Part shown: piece after piece, positions 28,844-32,000 of the stretch
How the letters are laid out: every line of letters starts with the position of its first letter
How positions within the stretch are numbered: the stretch's first letter is position 1
Assembly: GCF_000284455.1 (NCBI RefSeq)
Contig: NC_017039.1
Location: 1,830,001 to 1,862,000, forward strand
Origin: Synechocystis sp. PCC 6803 substr. PCC-P
Lineage (GTDB): Bacteria; Cyanobacteriota; Cyanobacteriia; Cyanobacteriales; Microcystaceae
Direction of reading: 5' to 3'
Length of the DNA stretch: 32,000 nt
Notes under the pieces: generated by a model
Told to the model about the DNA's origin: nothing
Database searches by the model: none
Seen by the model: the letters and a program-made list of their open reading frames with translations, nothing else
Translations under genes and position numbers: made by a program

Positions 28844-30400
28844 ATGGCGGGTAAAACCACTGGGGTTGTGGCGGCGGGCCATGCCCAAACGGCAGAAGCG
28901 GGCAAATGTATGCTCGAAGAAGGGGGCAATGCCTTCGATGCGGCGATCGCCTCGGTGTTGGCGGCCTGCGTAGTGGAATCGAGTTTAACTTCCCTGGGGG
29001 GAGGGGGTTTTCTGCTGGCCCAGACGGCGGCGAAGAAGAGTTACCTGTTCGATTTTTTCTGCCAAACACCCCAAGTTAACCCAGGGGAAAAAGCAGTGGA
29101 CTTCTACCCCGTTGCCCTCAATTTTGGTGGAGCTTGGCAAACTTTTCACATTGGTAAAGGGGCGATCGCCGTGCCGGGGATGGTGGCGGGATTATTTGCG
29201 GCCCATAGGAAACTGGGGCAGCTACCTTTCAAAGTATTGATTGAACCAGCGGTGGCATATGCCCGCCAGGGATTTACCCTCAACCGTTTCAATGACTTTA
29301 CCAATGGTCTGCTGGAGCCAATTCTGACCCAACAAGAGGAAGGCAGAAAGTTTTACGCTCCCCAAGGAAAAATTCTCCGCCAAGGGGAAAAGGCCTATCT
29401 GCCCCAGTTTGCGGACGTGCTGGAACAATTGGCTCGCCATGGCCCGGATTGGTTTTACCGGGGAGAGTTAACCGAGTGGGTGCTGGAATCTTTGGGGGAA
29501 GCCAGTGCTCTGACCGCCAAGGACTGGGCCGACTATCAGGTGGAAATTCGTCTACCCCTGCGGGCCCAATATCGCCAACGGCAACTGTTAACCAATCCTC
29601 CCCCCAGTGCCGGAGGCATTCTCATTGCTTTTGCTTTGCAGTTGCTAGAAAAATACGATTTGAGCCAATATCCCCTGGGCAGTGCGGCACAAATTCAGCT
29701 TTTTAGCCAAGTGATGGCCCTGAGTAACCAAGCCCGTCGGCAATATTTAGATGGCAATCTCCACTGTGGGGACATTGAAGCAAAATTTCTCGGCGGCGAT
29801 CGCCTGGCCTCGGAACTAGGACAATCAAAATTTATCAATAAATTGGGTAGCACCACCCACATCAGTGTTTTAGACGGAGAGGGCAATGCCGCCAGCTTAA
29901 CCAGTTCCAATGGGGAGGGGTCTGGGCATTTTATTCCCGGCACGGGCATTATGCTGAACAACATGTTGGGGGAAGAAGACCTCAATCCCCAGGGCTTTTA
30001 CCAATGGCCACCGGGGCAACGCCTATCATCGATGATGGCCCCCACTATACTTTTAGACCAGGAACAACCCCGGCTAGTTTTGGGGTCAGGGGGATCAAAT
30101 CGCATTCGTAGTGCCATTTTGCAGGTGGTCTGTCATCACCTAGATTACCAATTACCCTTAGCCGAAGCGGTGGGGCGGGAACGTATTCATTGGGAGGCCC
30201 ATAAATTAGATTTGGAGCCAACCTCTGTAGCTGATATTCTGGCCCAGTTGCGATTTGACGACGGCACCCAGGGTACCCTTTGGACGGAACAAAATATGTT
30301 TTTTGGGGGAGTTCATGGGGTTGCCACCACCACTGCGGGGACCATGGAAGGGGTTGGAGATCCCCGGCGATCGGGGGCCGTGGCCTACAGTCTGGAATAA
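28844..30400 (+). CDS. ggt: Gamma-glutamyltransferase
   Basis: Track ORF from TTG at 28826; ATG at 28844 ([20 protein letters not shown]). [27 protein letters not shown] (catalytic Thr), [16 protein letters not shown]. Confidence 0.93.
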
Positions 30401-30498
30401 CATTGGTTACAATTCTTAGGGCAATGCGGTAAGTTATTTAGCGAACAGCGTTTCCCCTTTTTGCGATTACGGCTGAGTTGTCTGGTCACATTCCCAAT

Positions 30499-32000
30499 GA
30501 AATCAATCCATCCGCTCAAATTTTGGTCTTCTTCCACTCTGTTGTTGCTACTCAGCACCAGCGTCGGTGTCTTTTTGCCCGGCTTCAGTGGCGGCCAGGG
30601 GGCGATCGCCGTGGCCCAAAGTGTTTCTCCTCCGGACAATGCACCATCGGCAGAAACAGGAAATAATGCTGATGACAGTGGGTTTCCTCTTCCCCAATTA
30701 CCGGACACAGCGCCCAACGAGCGCTTAAATCCCTCCGGTAACCCCCTCATGTTTCCCACCAAGCCCGACGAGGTGGACACCACAGTTCGGCAAGCTATTA
30801 CTTTGGACGAAGCCATTGATCTGGCCCTGAGAAATAATGAACAACTCCAGCAGGCCAAGCTATCCCTAGAGCAACAGGAAGCTGGTTTAATGGCGGCAAG
30901 GGCGGCCCTTTTCCCTAGCCTGGACACGGATTTTACCTTTAGTCGGGATAGTAGTGCGGCGGCCGAAGCCACCAATGCCCTCATTGCCAACCAGAATCAA
31001 ACCACTACCGTCAACCCAGAACTGCGTTCGGAAACTAGCACCAATGCAGTGGGTAACATCAACCTGACCTATAGTATTTATGCCGGGGGGGAAAGGAGCG
31101 CCCAAATTGCCAAAGCCGAGCAGTTGGTGCAAAACAGTCGCCTCCAGGTGGAAGTGGTGGCAGAACAAACCCGCTTTGAAGCCACAGATCGTTACTATGC
31201 TCTCCAGGGGGCCGATGCCCAGGTGGCGATCGCCCAAGCCTCCGTGGAAGATGCTTCCCAGAGTTTGCGGGATGCCCGTTTGTTAGAACAGGCCGGGTTG
31301 GGCACCCGCTTTGACGTGTTACGGGCGGAAGGAGATTTGGCCACCGCCAACGAAGCTTTAACCAGGTCGATCGCCGATCAACGCAATGCCCGCCGCCGTC
31401 TGGCCCAATTGTTGAGCGTGGGGCAACGGGTGGAATTAACCGCCGCCGATGAAATTGTGGAAGCCGGGGATTGGAGCTTACCCCTGGATGAAAGCATTGT
31501 TCAAGCCTATAAAAACCGGGCTGAACTGGAGCAACAATTGGTGCAAATTGAAGTGAGCGAACAGGACCGCTACATTGCCCTGGCAGCCATTAAACCCAGG
31601 GTGGATTTTCTGGCCAATTACACCTACCAAAATAATTTTGATAGCAGTGCCGGGTTAGTGGATGGTTATGCCTTTGCCGCTCGAGTACGGTGGAACTTTT
31701 TTGACGGGGGCCGGGCCTTTGCCGAAGCTCGCCGGGCTGATCGCCAGATGGACATTGCTAAAACTGCTTTTTCTGAGCAAAGAAACCAAATTCGTTTGGA
31801 AGTAGAGGAATCCTACTACACCCTAATTTCCAACAAGGAAAATATTGGCAGTACCCGCACCAACGTCATTCGTTTTGAAGAAGCCCTCCGTTTAGCTCGA
31901 CTACGGTTCCAGGCTGGGGTAGGCACCCAAACGGACGTTATTAACGCCCAGCGGGACTTAGCCAACGCCCGGGGAAGGTTCCTACAGGCGATTATTGGCT
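30499..32000 (+). CDS. TolC-like outer membrane efflux protein (3' end beyond window)
   Basis: Open from ATG 30499 to the window end: MKSIHPLKFWSSSTLLLLLSTSVGVFL...ITLDEAIDLALRNNEQLQQAKLSLEQQEAGLMAARAALFPSLD, a typical OEP repeat. Not in the ORF track because it lacks a stop. Matches recalled slr1270. Confidence 0.92.

Noticed and set aside
1-32000. Search for CRISPR arrays, IS elements, prophage genes, toxin-antitoxin pairs or a defence island
   Set aside because: No spaced direct repeats, transposase/integrase ORFs or phage-like proteins seen; only the decayed nucleotidyltransferase fragment at 9874-9999 hints at a former TA module.

Overview
The window is an ordinary-looking chromosomal segment of a unicellular cyanobacterium. 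From recalled protein sequences and gene order I believe it is Synechocystis sp. PCC 6803; no database search was possible. Order: inositol monophosphatase-like gene (cut by the left edge), 2Fe-2S ferredoxin, tRNA-Ser(GGA), SRP RNA, NlpC/P60 peptidase, two hypotheticals, pyrB, tRNA-Ser(GCT), a periplasmic protein, an MgdA-type glycosyltransferase, a SpoIIM-like protein, a fatty-acid-hydroxylase/SDR fusion, a GPH-type sugar transporter, membrane proteins, a Crp-family regulator (SYCRP1-like), mannose-1-P guanylyltransferase, an S13 carboxypeptidase, a Rieske protein (PetC3-like), HlyD, a cNMP-binding/C39-like/ABC exporter, rpoC1, a NodU/CmcH carbamoyltransferase, a DUF2808-like protein, ftsW, ggt and a TolC-like gene (cut by the right edge). 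I found no CRISPR array, prophage or intact transposon, and no obviously new multi-gene defence system. The best second-look items are: an exporter whose C39 domain appears to have lost all catalytic residues and which carries an N-terminal cyclic-nucleotide domain; a Rieske protein with a lipobox; a hydroxylase/SDR fusion whose strand is mislabelled in the ORF track; a decayed nucleotidyltransferase (MntA-type) remnant near a lone promoter; two unlisted candidate small membrane proteins; a perfect palindromic CRP-like site upstream of the Crp-family regulator gene; and a triple 10-bp repeat running into the pyrB start codon.
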